From Isurus oxyrinchus (taxonomy: Eukaryota), in contig JANJGN010000042.1 in assembly GCA_026770705.1 (NCBI GenBank), forward strand, positions 124,001 through 188,000: a stretch of DNA of 64,000 nucleotides, written 5' to 3'. Under the pieces are notes generated by a model. It saw only the letters and a list, made by a program, of their open reading frames with translations, searched no databases and had not been told where the DNA came from. The first letter of the stretch is position 1; each line of letters opens with the position of its first letter. Position numbers and translations under genes: made by a program. Below are positions 11,555-21,159 of the stretch, piece by piece.

Positions 11555-11735
11555 AAAATAAAATGCTGCGGATGCTGGAAATCTGATATAAAAACGGAAA
11601 ATGCTGGCAAAACTCAGCACATCTGGAAGCATCAGTGGAGAGAGAAACAGAGTTAATATTTCGAATCCATATGACTCTTCTTCAGATCTCTGCTTCTCCA
11701 TGGACAGATGCTGCCAGTCCTGCTGAGTATTTGTT
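11555..11735. mobile_element. Palindromic shark repeat (Penelope-like terminal-repeat derivative)
   Basis: The left arm aaaatgctggcaaaactcagcacatctggaagcatcagtggagagagaaacagag is an imperfect inverted repeat of ctctgcttctccatggacagatgctgccagtcctgctgagtatttgttcagcatttt. A related half-copy lies at 31760-31865. Confidence 0.7.
11642..11698 (-). ncRNA. Minimal type I hammerhead ribozyme motif (putative)
   Basis: Minus strand GAGAAGCAGAGAU-CUGAAGA-A-GAGUC-AUAUG-GAUUC-GAAA-UAU-U-AACUCUGUUUCUC: intact core boxes, 5-bp helix II, helix I and a palindromic AUAU helix III. Confidence 0.6.
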
Positions 11736-13682
11736 CAGCATTTTTTGTTTAAATATTTAATGCTACTTATTGAAATTAAGATCCACAATCATCAGTGTGC
11801 AACTGAGAGATAACAATTCCTCTGCATCACCTGAGACACTGAAATTCAACGAGCAAAAAGAACAACGATTTTAATGAGAATTAAAGGTAGCTCCCATTTA
11901 ATTCAACCCGTATATCTCACAGTTTTGCAAGATTGGTTGTTGTTCATCAATTCAAAAGTTACATTTATAATTAAGCCAATCTGCTTCAATAGCAATGTTT
12001 GCCCATCTCCAGACATATGCATTCTGAACTTTCTCTGAATTTGAATTGAATTATTGAGCAATTCCAACTGCAAACTGTTTAAGATTAGCTTCGTGATAAT
12101 AGGCTACACCAAAATTGAAGGAACAGCGCTGTTTGGCTGCACAGCAAAGCTTCAGCAACACGGCAGATATATTAAATTAGCTTGCTGCAATTTACAAAAT
12201 GCATTTAATATTGATAATTAATTAGCACCTTTCAACCTACGTTAACCAGGGAGGAACCAAATAATTTAAAATCCTTGTTCAAACTAAACACTGCAGTGCG
12301 ATCAGTGTGTATTATAATTTTAAAAAAACACAATGGAAATTGCTGGAACCTCTGCATTTGTCCGGCTGATATTAATTGTGTTGTGTTTTGCAGCATTGTT
12401 GTGGATAGCACGGATTATCTGCTAAATGTCTAACAATAATATTTTTTATTGTTGTAATCTTGGGAAATATTGTCGCGTTATAAGCGTTTGAGTTATATTC
12501 ATTTAACTCCCCATCACAGTTGAAATTCGCTGGTTATGTCCTTTAACATTGCATTATTACCTCAAGTATTAAATAGGAATATCGGAAACAAAATATTAAT
12601 TTTTGAATCTGCAATTAGCACTGAAATAAAAATGTATCAATATATCTATCACAATTGATTAAAAAGCCTGCCTGCTTTATAACTATAACCTTCCTTCACA
12701 ATGGTTTAAGCACATCATCAACACACGGTAGATGTGATCGAAAATACGAGTTGTAGAATCACCAAACAGTTCCACGAGCTTTAACTGTTCAAAGTAACAC
12801 AGGCACATACTCTCCTCAGCACTTAACACCAAATCACAACACCGAGGGACTGAATCCAACAACTGCTTAATTACCTAAATCCTTTCAGCAGAATCAGATG
12901 CAACATTTCAAATCAACCCGATACATCGCACAGAAATCACCTTTCATTGAACAAGTCATTTATTAAAATAAGCAGAAATATGAAACAATGGCAGAAGAAT
13001 TGTACTTCGATGCATCATGTTTAATGCATTGTGTTGATTTTCACTGTATACTTTAGTAATATCTGGCGACATTACTGCATTTTAATGTTTCAAGTTGTTT
13101 TCATTTAATCCTGACCCAGGCAGCAAATTTGTTAACCAAGTTGTTCTTAGTTATCGTAGCACTTCACTTATTTAAGATGAACGTTGGTCAGCATTATATT
13201 GATATTTTACAGCGCAGTTAAACACAAATAAAAATGGCAAACATTTATTTTAAAAGCCATAGTTTAAAATGACATTTTTGACCTTGATAGCACTCGGTTT
13301 CCTGTCTATAATCTTATTTCCAACACTTTTAAACACAATTTAATCAGTCGATTAGAAAACTTGCAGCAATCAGATGTCACCGAGATTAAACATGGTAGAA
13401 ACACCAAACTGATTAACAAAACTCATGTATTTAAAGTAAGCCAGGCACAAAGCCTCATCAGCAGATAAAAGGCAAATCACACAAAGAAGTCCTTAAAATT
13501 CCCATAGCTTTATTTTTTTGCCGAGAAGCAGGAGAATTGTTCAATCCCTTTGCAGCATAATTAAATGAAACATTGTAAACATAGAATGCAAAGTTTCGGT
13601 TAACAAATAAATGACAAAAATAAACAGAAATGTGAAACAATGAAGCAAATCCAAGAGCGCAGAATGAAGGCTTGTTTCTTAC

Positions 13683-13730
13683 CTGCAGTCACCGTCACCA
13701 TGGTTCCTTGGCCCCAGTAATCCATATAGT
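13683..13730 (-). CDS. IGHJ: JH segment (YMDYWGQGTMVTVTA)
   Basis: WGQG motif followed by donor G|GTAAGA, in phase with CH1. Confidence 0.97.
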
Positions 13731-13769
13731 CACTGTGTTACATTCGCTGGTCTGGGTCACACAATAACC
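13731..13769 (+). other. JH 23-RSS
   Basis: Read outward from J: CACTGTG, 23 nt, ACAATAACC. Confidence 0.93.
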
Positions 13770-14094
13770 AGTTCTGCACACAAGGGGAGAAATTCAATAT
13801 TAATTTAAATGTTATGAACCGAGAGGCAAAGTAAAAACATGATCGACTTTATCAAAAATGTAAAATTGCGAAATATTTTTAAATCTTTATAAATTATACT
13901 GGTTTATTTGTATTTCACAGAGTATCTGATGATCATGCATTGAAATCAGCAACCACTGATTTAATAATTAACATGTTAGCACCTCTTGAAACCTGTCAGT
14001 TGGGGAGCTCCAGGCACAGATAGGGCTTTGTTTAATATAGTTGTATTGTAAGAAAAAATGCATCGACCAAAATGCAATCAATTAGCCCCGATGA

Positions 14095-14161
14095 GGTTTT
14101 TGCATTAACCGTAACGGCTGTGCCATCCTGTATCACTGTGAGACGCACCATGTCAGAAACT
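14095..14161 (-). other. IGHD: D2 segment (ATACAGGATGG, 14123-14133) flanked by 12/12 RSSs
   Basis: V-side RSS CACTGTG-12-TCAGAAACT (14134-14161). J-side RSS CACAGCC-12-GCAAAAACC (14095-14122). Confidence 0.92.
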
Positions 14162-14476
14162 GCGGCGGACTGTTTAATGTGAAATACAGAGATTCAAATC
14201 CACAGCGGTCTGAGAAACCTGATACTGAATACTCGAGGAATACATCACTGTGATATTTCAGTTAGAACTCTTCATTATGTTTACAAAACGGATCGAAATA
14301 CGCCTTTAACAACTGTGCCCCTATTTAGCAAGACAATCAAAATTAGTAAATTCAGAGACTTTTATACATTTTTTCGTAAATCTGTGTTCCTTAAAACACT
14401 TATTGTTGGTCATTTTATTTTCTTTGACTTTCCTGCTGTGATATTGATCGCAGATTTGATCAAAGTCCCTCTGTGG

Positions 14477-14556
14477 GCTATTTGTATGAGGAGTTCACTA
14501 TACACAACACCGTGACCCACTGTAGTACCACAGCGACACGAGCCAGCACAGATACT
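14477..14556 (-). other. IGHD: D1 segment (GTACTACAGTGGGT, 14515-14528) flanked by 12/22 RSSs
   Basis: V-side RSS CACAGCG-12-ACAGATACT (14529-14556). J-side RSS CACGGTG-22-ACAAATAGC (14477-14514). Confidence 0.92.
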
Positions 14557-14910
14557 GCTCTCACTCACTGATTGTTGCTATAAGAAATAAAACCCTTCAG
14601 TCAGCAGAAGATTTGCAGATTTTGATTACATTTCATTCAAGAGTTTTAATCAGGAGCAGAACCTTGGGCTAAAATTATCTCCATTCACGTAATAATTTGT
14701 CAATATTTCGATTTGGCGCCTAGTCATCAGTTGTGCATATTCTAAGCGGTAACTATGCTCTTTAATATACGGAGTTAGTCAACATTTTGTTTTTATTCTT
14801 CGCCACTTTATTGCTTTGGAAAATGTAACTTTTCAATCGAGATTCAAACACATCTCTTAACCTATTTTGAGCTAATACTGACCTATGATTCGCTGTAATT
14901 ATTCTTCTGC

Positions 14911-14949
14911 GATTTATGTACGAGTTCTAGGCTTGTTCAGGTCGCTGTG
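14911..14949 (-). other. VH 23-RSS
   Basis: CACAGCG, 23 nt, ACATAAATC immediately after the YYCAGG codons. Confidence 0.93.
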
Positions 14950-15251
14950 GCCTCCTGCACAGTAATACCTCGCAGTGTCTTCGGGTCTCAGATTTTTGAT
15001 CTCAATGTAAGTTGTGGACGAAGTTCTTGATGGGATGATTCGACCTTCGACTCCAGGTGCATAATACGTGGTATCCGAGGGTTTTCTGTAAGCAAGGAGC
15101 CACTCCAGCCCTGTCCCAGGAACTTGTTTAACCCAGTGCACATAGTAGCTGTCCAGACTGAAACCGCTCACTGAACAGGACAGTTTGCGAGATTGTCCAG
15201 GCTTAGCGGTCTCTGAGGCCGGCTGGGTCAGCACGATGGCGGATTGGACAT
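14950..15251 (-). CDS. IGHV: VH exon (end of leader plus V domain; divergent, IgW-like V)
   Basis: Acceptor ctaacag|AT. Reads (Y)VQS-AIVLTQPASETAKPGQSRKLSCSVSGFSLDSYYVHWVKQVPGTGLEWLLAYRKPSDTTYYAPGVEGRIIPSRTSSTTYIEIKNLRPEDTARYYCAG. Open frame with the V-set Cys/Trp/YYC hallmarks. Confidence 0.96.
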
Positions 15252-15377
15252 CTGTTAGCGAATGGAAAAAATGTAATTACATTAGATACCAATCAAATCA
15301 ATGAATGGAAATAGCAACGCGATATCAGAAAAGAAGCAGACTTCTGTTGTATCACTTATACAGTCAGGGATACTCAC

Positions 15378-15423
15378 AGGTGAAGTAAGCCAAGAAGAAG
15401 CAAAGGCACAGCGCAAATCCCAT
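15378..15423 (-). CDS. IGHV: VH leader exon (MGFALCLCFFLAYFT)
   Basis: ATG at 15423, hydrophobic signal peptide, donor T|GTGAGT, and a 126-bp intron in phase with the V exon. Confidence 0.93.
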
Positions 15424-15513
15424 CCTCAGTCTCTGGGTATAACTGACTTGGGAGCGTGACTCTCCGTCGCAGTGACACCTGCGGATTGTGAACCAGGAGC
15501 TGAACCGTCCCGC

Positions 15514-15521
15514 TATTTATA
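15514..15521 (-). promoter_or_regulatory. VH promoter TATA box
   Basis: TATAAATA about 90 nt upstream of the leader ATG, with a short (CT)n tract just upstream. No octamer seen. Confidence 0.75.
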
Positions 15522-15779
15522 CCAGCTCGAGTCAAATAAGAGAGAGAGAGAGAGACAAAGCTGGAGAATGGGAGTCACTCTCCTCCCCCAGTTAACAGCC
15601 TGGCTCCTCCTCCTTTTTCCTGTCTGAGTCCAGCTGTATAAACAATGATTAACCATTAATATTCCGTGTTCCACAAACGTATCTTTTTGATTGTCTGTTT
15701 ATCCTTTGGGATGTGATACTCTCACTCCAAAGCAGGTTTAAATTGATTCAGTGCGAATCTTTACATTCCCAATAAACAC

Positions 15780-16092
15780 CTCACATGTGCTCAGTGTCCA
15801 ATTGCTCTCAGAAGGACCTAAACACACCCATGGAATTATTCCGAAGATGAAGGGAGAGATCCCCTGGGGCCAATATTTCTCGTTCAGCCAACATCCCAAA
15901 ATCAGCTTATCTAGTGATTTATCACAGCGCAGTTTGTTGGATCCTCCTATACGTAAATTCACGGTTGTCTTTCCTTGCAATACAATGGTGATTATAGGTT
16001 TATAAATAAACAAACAAATCTTCATTGCCTATAAAGCGCTTTAAGGTATCCTGTGGTTGTGAAATGCACTGGTTAAATGTATGTCTTCTTTA
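15780..16092 (+). mobile_element. Deu-domain SINE (SacSINE1-like), body and tail
   Basis: cccatggaattattccgaaga...ggccaatatttctc..cagccaacatc...ttatctagtgatttatcaca...taaagcgctttaagg...gtgaaatgcactggttaaatgtatgtctt matches the recalled consensus. Confidence 0.6.
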
Positions 16093-17399
16093 TTTCCATG
16101 TTCCCCTATCTGTGTGATAAAAGATACAAATGTTACTGATATTTGTTCAGAGAAAGCTATTATATTTGTCCCAAGACATCGACAGTTTCGGAATAATGTC
16201 ACTTAATTTCAGATATAATCCATCGTGAAATGTGAAGCTTCACTTTAAAACAATCCTCCGTGAATCAATTTTCCACTGGATTTCTGGTCACCAGTGTGAA
16301 TATTGTTCTTTCATTTCACAGTGAATGATTCTAAATGGGAGAAGTTGAGATTTGCACCGAGGAATGTGTGTGTGATGACGCTGCACAGTGCAGCTGAACC
16401 CTGTTTAGTTAAGAATTAAATCACCATGTCTATCTTTCTAATTGATGTGACAGATTTATCCCACAAACCATTGGGAAATATTTAGCAATGCAGATAAAAC
16501 AATATCGATCTGGGTGACCCCACTAAACCATAAATTATATTCAGAGATTTGGGGCATCACGAGTTTGATTTTTTTTTTGATGTTGTTAATTTGCACCAAG
16601 GATGAGAAATCATTGAATTTATGGTGATATCAAGCCAGTTGTGCTCAGCTTTTCAGGTGCCAAGACCAAATGTGCCAACGGGTTATATATGAAAATATAA
16701 AGCCTGCCATTACAATTGTACGAACAGTTCAGTGAATAATATGAGTTCCCAGTCTCCAGATTGGGATTGTGACTCCACCGTCTGCAGACCATTGGGTAAA
16801 TTACAAAATTGTTAAATGAATCAAACATTAGTATCAGAGTAGTTAATGTGTTATTTATATCTGTGTGATACCAGCTCAGCTGGCATTCCATGTTACAGGA
16901 TTGTGAAAGAACTTCGCAATTATCAGAATCAAATTGGCCTTAATTAATTAAAATCCCGAATTTATTGTACTGTTTTTGCCGCATTTAGTCTGTTCTGCAC
17001 CTGCCATACACAAAACGCAGTTTCCTTAATATCATCTCATAAGAAATGCAATTTAGATTAAGATTGCCTAACGATTCATTTGCTGCTAAATTTATTCCCA
17101 GTTTGTTGAATAACACGTTCATCCCATATCTCTGCCCAACAGGCAGTGACAGGAATCCAGCATTCCACCATCAGGGAGGAGAGAATATTCACATTTCAAT
17201 TTACAGGAAACATCTGTGGCTGCTGTGCAGAAACTTCAACAACCAGTTTCCTGCTCACAGATCAAATATAGCAAGGCAACAAGAACCCAGCTGTTAGCAA
17301 AGGAACCTATTTATACACAGATCTGCCCAGCAACAATGTTTCCAAACAGTCCAGGTTCATCTCCATTGGGTATATGGACGTTCATTTCGAATGAATTCA

Positions 17400-17985
17400 T
17401 ACCTTGAGATTGCTTCCCAGAACCTGTATCCTCTCTGAAGTACCAGGGTATGAATCCTGGGAAAGATTCTCAGATCATGAGGCAATTGTGACAGAAACCA
17501 TCTGACGCTCCAGGGAGCACAAATCCTGAATGTGATTCCTAGAGACTGGGGGATATTAGAAGCATCAGGGAGCATAAATCCTGGGGTTAGTATCAAGCAC
17601 CTGGGCCCAGCAGACTCACCAGAGAACATAAACGCTGGGAATTGTCCCCAGAACCTGGATTTGCTGATATATGACCGTTTAGTTGTTCAAAACCTGGATA
17701 TTGCTAATAGGTGCAGGGATTATCTGATACGAAGTGCCCTTGAATCACATGTCATATTAATGATTCCCAGGTGCTGGTCCCAAGTCACACAGACACACAT
17801 TGAATCACAAGCCCTGGGCATTATCTCCAGATGTTGGGCCTATTTGATACAGGCAGTCATGCGAGCACAAACCCTAGGAATGATTATTTGTTACTGGTCC
17901 TATATGACACCGACAGACATAGGAGCAGAAACCCAATTAATTATTCCCTGTTTCTGGGTCTACATGACATAGGCAGTGAATTAAA
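17400..17985. repeat. Degenerate ~55-60-bp minisatellite
   Basis: The printed lines at 17761, 17821, 17881 and 17941 align at an exact 60-bp period (tgattcccaggtgctgg.cc....gacac...cacat.gaa.cacaaaccctggga). More diverged units lie to the left. Confidence 0.75.
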
Positions 17986-18189
17986 ACTCCCATCGAACTC
18001 TTTGTCACTTCTAGACCTGAATATTCCAATGGTTTCCTGACCATCTCCCCAGAGCCCACCTTCCATAAATAGGAGCTCAAGCTAAATGCTCTTGCCCATA
18101 TCTTAAGGCAGACATGTCCAGTTGGCCCATCAACCCTATTCTCCCTGATTCACAGCGGTTCTCGGTTAAGGAATGCATCAGTAATAAAA

Positions 18190-18575
18190 TTATCACAATT
18201 GTTAAACTCCCTCCATGGCCTCCACCACCTCTCCCCCGACCTTACAACCACCACTTCCATCCCTATCAGCTCCTTCAGCCTCACAATCCTCCCCCTTCCC
18301 TCCTCGAATTCTCACATCTTTTGTATCCGTGAATTTTATCACTTGTTGCCAACTGCCTTGGCCCTAAGCCATGGAATTCACTCATAAACCCCTTCTCCCT
18401 CTCTCCTCCTTTACTATCCTCACTAAAAGTTACGTCGTTGACCTAATGTATGGTCATCCACCCTTGTGTCTCCTTACGTGACTCGGTGTCAGACTTGGCC
18501 TGTTAGTGGTCTGGTGAATCAACATGCAGCGATTTACGACATTAAAGGGGCTATATAGTTGCAAATGGTTGTTGG
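18190..18575 (+). mobile_element. L2-type LINE 3' end
   Basis: ctccctccatggcctc...ctccttcagcc...ggccctaagccatggaattc...tacgacattaaaggggctatatagttgcaaatggttgttg tail. Confidence 0.55.
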
Positions 18576-18994
18576 ATATAATTCGATTTCTTTCTGACTG
18601 AAGGAAATGTTTTATTAATCTCAGGTCACGGATAGTGAGATTCTCACTTTTACTGCAACATGCAGAAATCATTACAAGGTCCCGTGAGATGCGCTTTTGA
18701 TCAACTAACAATCTGTCACAAAGAACAATGTGTTCATACACGTTATGCATGCTCTGATTTAATCACTTTTCACAAATGATTTCTGAGGACAGACATTGCC
18801 TTGGTAACGGATCGGTGGGACAATGCAATCTAAATATGAGAACAAAATAAATGGATAATCAATGCACATTAAGGATATTACAGGACCTAAAATTATATTT
18901 TTAATCAAAGAGAATAAAATATAGAAACATAACTGGAAAACATAATCATTTACCTTTGCAGAATTCGCATAGAAACATTAAGAATGATGTGTTT

Positions 18995-19132
18995 AGACAA
19001 ACACGCACAGGCACATAAGTGAACAAGCAGACACACAGAGATACAGGTAGACAAACAGAGACGTACACATACGCGCACATACACACTCACAGACACACGC
19101 ACACACACAGACGTACACACACACACACACAT
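18995..19132. repeat. Degenerate (CA)n microsatellite
   Basis: Directly visible. Confidence 0.85.
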
Positions 19133-19402
19133 AAATGTTCCCTGATCAAAAGTCCTCCCTTCAATTAACGCCAATAAATGTACATTAATATAAATTAACA
19201 GGATTTGAACCACTTTGTCCTTTTGCTAATGTTTCTTTGCGCAACAAAGCTTCACTCAGATGGAATCCTTTGCATTGTTATCCTTTGCCACCCCCTGTAG
19301 AATGTAATGATCTTGTATATCATTGTAGCTTGGTTTTGGTGCGTTAATATAAGAGACAATAACTGATGAAGGCATTTTACAGTAACAGCAATGGCAATCT
19401 TT

Positions 19403-19421
19403 CGCCACCAGGTGGCAGTGC
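19403..19421 (+). promoter_or_regulatory. CTCF-binding motif (candidate)
   Basis: CGCCACCAGGTGGCAGTGC closely matches the vertebrate CTCF core consensus CCACCAG(G/A)(G/T)GGCAG/GC. Confidence 0.7.
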
Positions 19422-20999
19422 TAGCGCGATTGCTTCCATGCAAACATACATACACTGCCTCAATTATTACTGCTCCAAAGCATGTCTATGTTTATATCAC
19501 AGCAGACCTTCACTCAGTTATTGCTAGCTCTACTTCGTTCTCAGATTTTGACATTTCTGTCAAGGCCGACATTTACTAACCAAACCTAATTGCCCTGGAA
19601 AATGTGTTGGTGAGCCGCCTTGTGTGTGTTTCAAATCCAAAAACAGTGCAGGTGGGAAGGGAGCTCTGGGGTTTTGACTCAATACCAACGAAGGAAAAAA
19701 ATCTATATTTCCAAATCAGAATATTGTGTGTGACTTGGAGCGGCACTAGCAGTTGTTGGTGCTTCCATTCACCTGCTGTCCTTGTCCTTCTATGTCGCAG
19801 AGCTCTCGGGTTCTGAAGATGCTGTCGAAGGATTTATCAAAATGGGGTGAGGGGCTTCCGTTATGTGGAAAAACGATAGAAATAGCATCCTAGAGCAGAG
19901 AGAGTTAAGAGATGTTTTAAAAGATGTGTTCAAGTTACTGAAGGGGTTTGCAAGGCCATAACCTGACCATGTCTCCGTCCATATTCTACTGGGTCCAGTC
20001 ACGGACATTGGTGCAATAAACTCTGTGCGCATCCATCCTTTACACTAGGCACTTTTTCAATTATTGCTGCACTGACGCATGTGTCTGGTTATATTGCACT
20101 CATCCATGTCCTTATTTATATTACACTAGACCCTTTCTCCTTTATTTCTGCACTATTTTATGCCCACCTTTAAATTGCATGAGGCCATCTCCCTGTTTAT
20201 ATTCGACGGGGTCTGCCATAGTTATTCATGGACTAAACTGTTCAGAGTGCAGGAGTCCTTATCGCTGTTTATGTTAAATAAGGCCTCTTTTCTGTAATGA
20301 CAGCACTGGACACTTTGTTTATATTAATCTATTGCCAATGTCAGTTATTGTGGTACAGCATTTTTTTCTGTGATAGGTAAATGGACAGATGGATGAAGGG
20401 AGAAGTATGTCTCATAATAATTAAAGAACATATATTTGACTGGGTGGGAAGATGGATTTTTGTTTGTTGTAAAATACGTTTAGTCTTGGTCACAGCGATC
20501 AGGAGCTGTGTACAATTTCTCATTGCTCTGGTGTTATGTCACAGTTTTGTTGAAAGTACTGGTCGAATCTTATGACAATCTCGGAAATTTGAACTGGATT
20601 GAGGGACTGAAGGATAGGTGAGCCAGAGCGCATTGCAGTTCATAAAGATTAGTGGAAATCTCTGTTGTGTCTATTGTACACCGTGTTTTAATGTTAAGGA
20701 ATGTTTCTCCTGAGGGCCTTTACATTCACGTTTTCCGTGTTACTGGTTGTGTGACTGAGCCTCAACATATGTATCTGCGTCTATTTGTGTCTGTGAGTGT
20801 GTGCATACAAGACACATTATTCCTAATGTTTGCAAGTTACATCCACAAAGGTGGATTTGCTTCACCAGTTATTTTTACAGCATTTAATTCCCTTTCATTA
20901 AAAATGCGTTGAGTGTAAGTGCAAATTTGTTTGTTGATACGTTTCTATCAACAACAGTACGAACGTCGACATTTTCACGATAGCAGTAATGGCAACGAT

Positions 21000-21019
21000 T
21001 GGCCACCAGGTGACAGTGT
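21000..21019 (+). promoter_or_regulatory. Second CTCF-like motif (paralog of 19403)
   Basis: TGGCCACCAGGTGACAGTGT has one G>A change in the core, and its flanks are homologous to those of the first site. Confidence 0.5.
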
Positions 21020-21159
21020 AAGTTGATTTGCCTAAATTATACCAAACCAGCACTGCCTCAGGCGGTGATAACTGAGAAAGGGCCTAGTGTAATGTAGGGA
21101 TGGGCATGGATGGTTTATATTACATTAGACAGTCTCTAATGTTTTACTTATTTATTATC

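Noticed and set aside
14200-14292. Possible third D segment (CACAGCG at about 14201, CACTGTG at 14246)
   Set aside because: Neither heptamer has a nonamer at 12 or 22/23 spacing. The nearest ACAAAACGG is 30 nt from the second.
586-15423. IgNAR, IgW or TCR locus, or pseudogene
   Set aside because: There are four mu-type C exons with a secretory tail, CH1 has a light-chain Cys, V keeps CDR2 and GLEW, and no stops or frameshifts were found. The only oddity is a weak-looking CH1 donor (GTTCGT).
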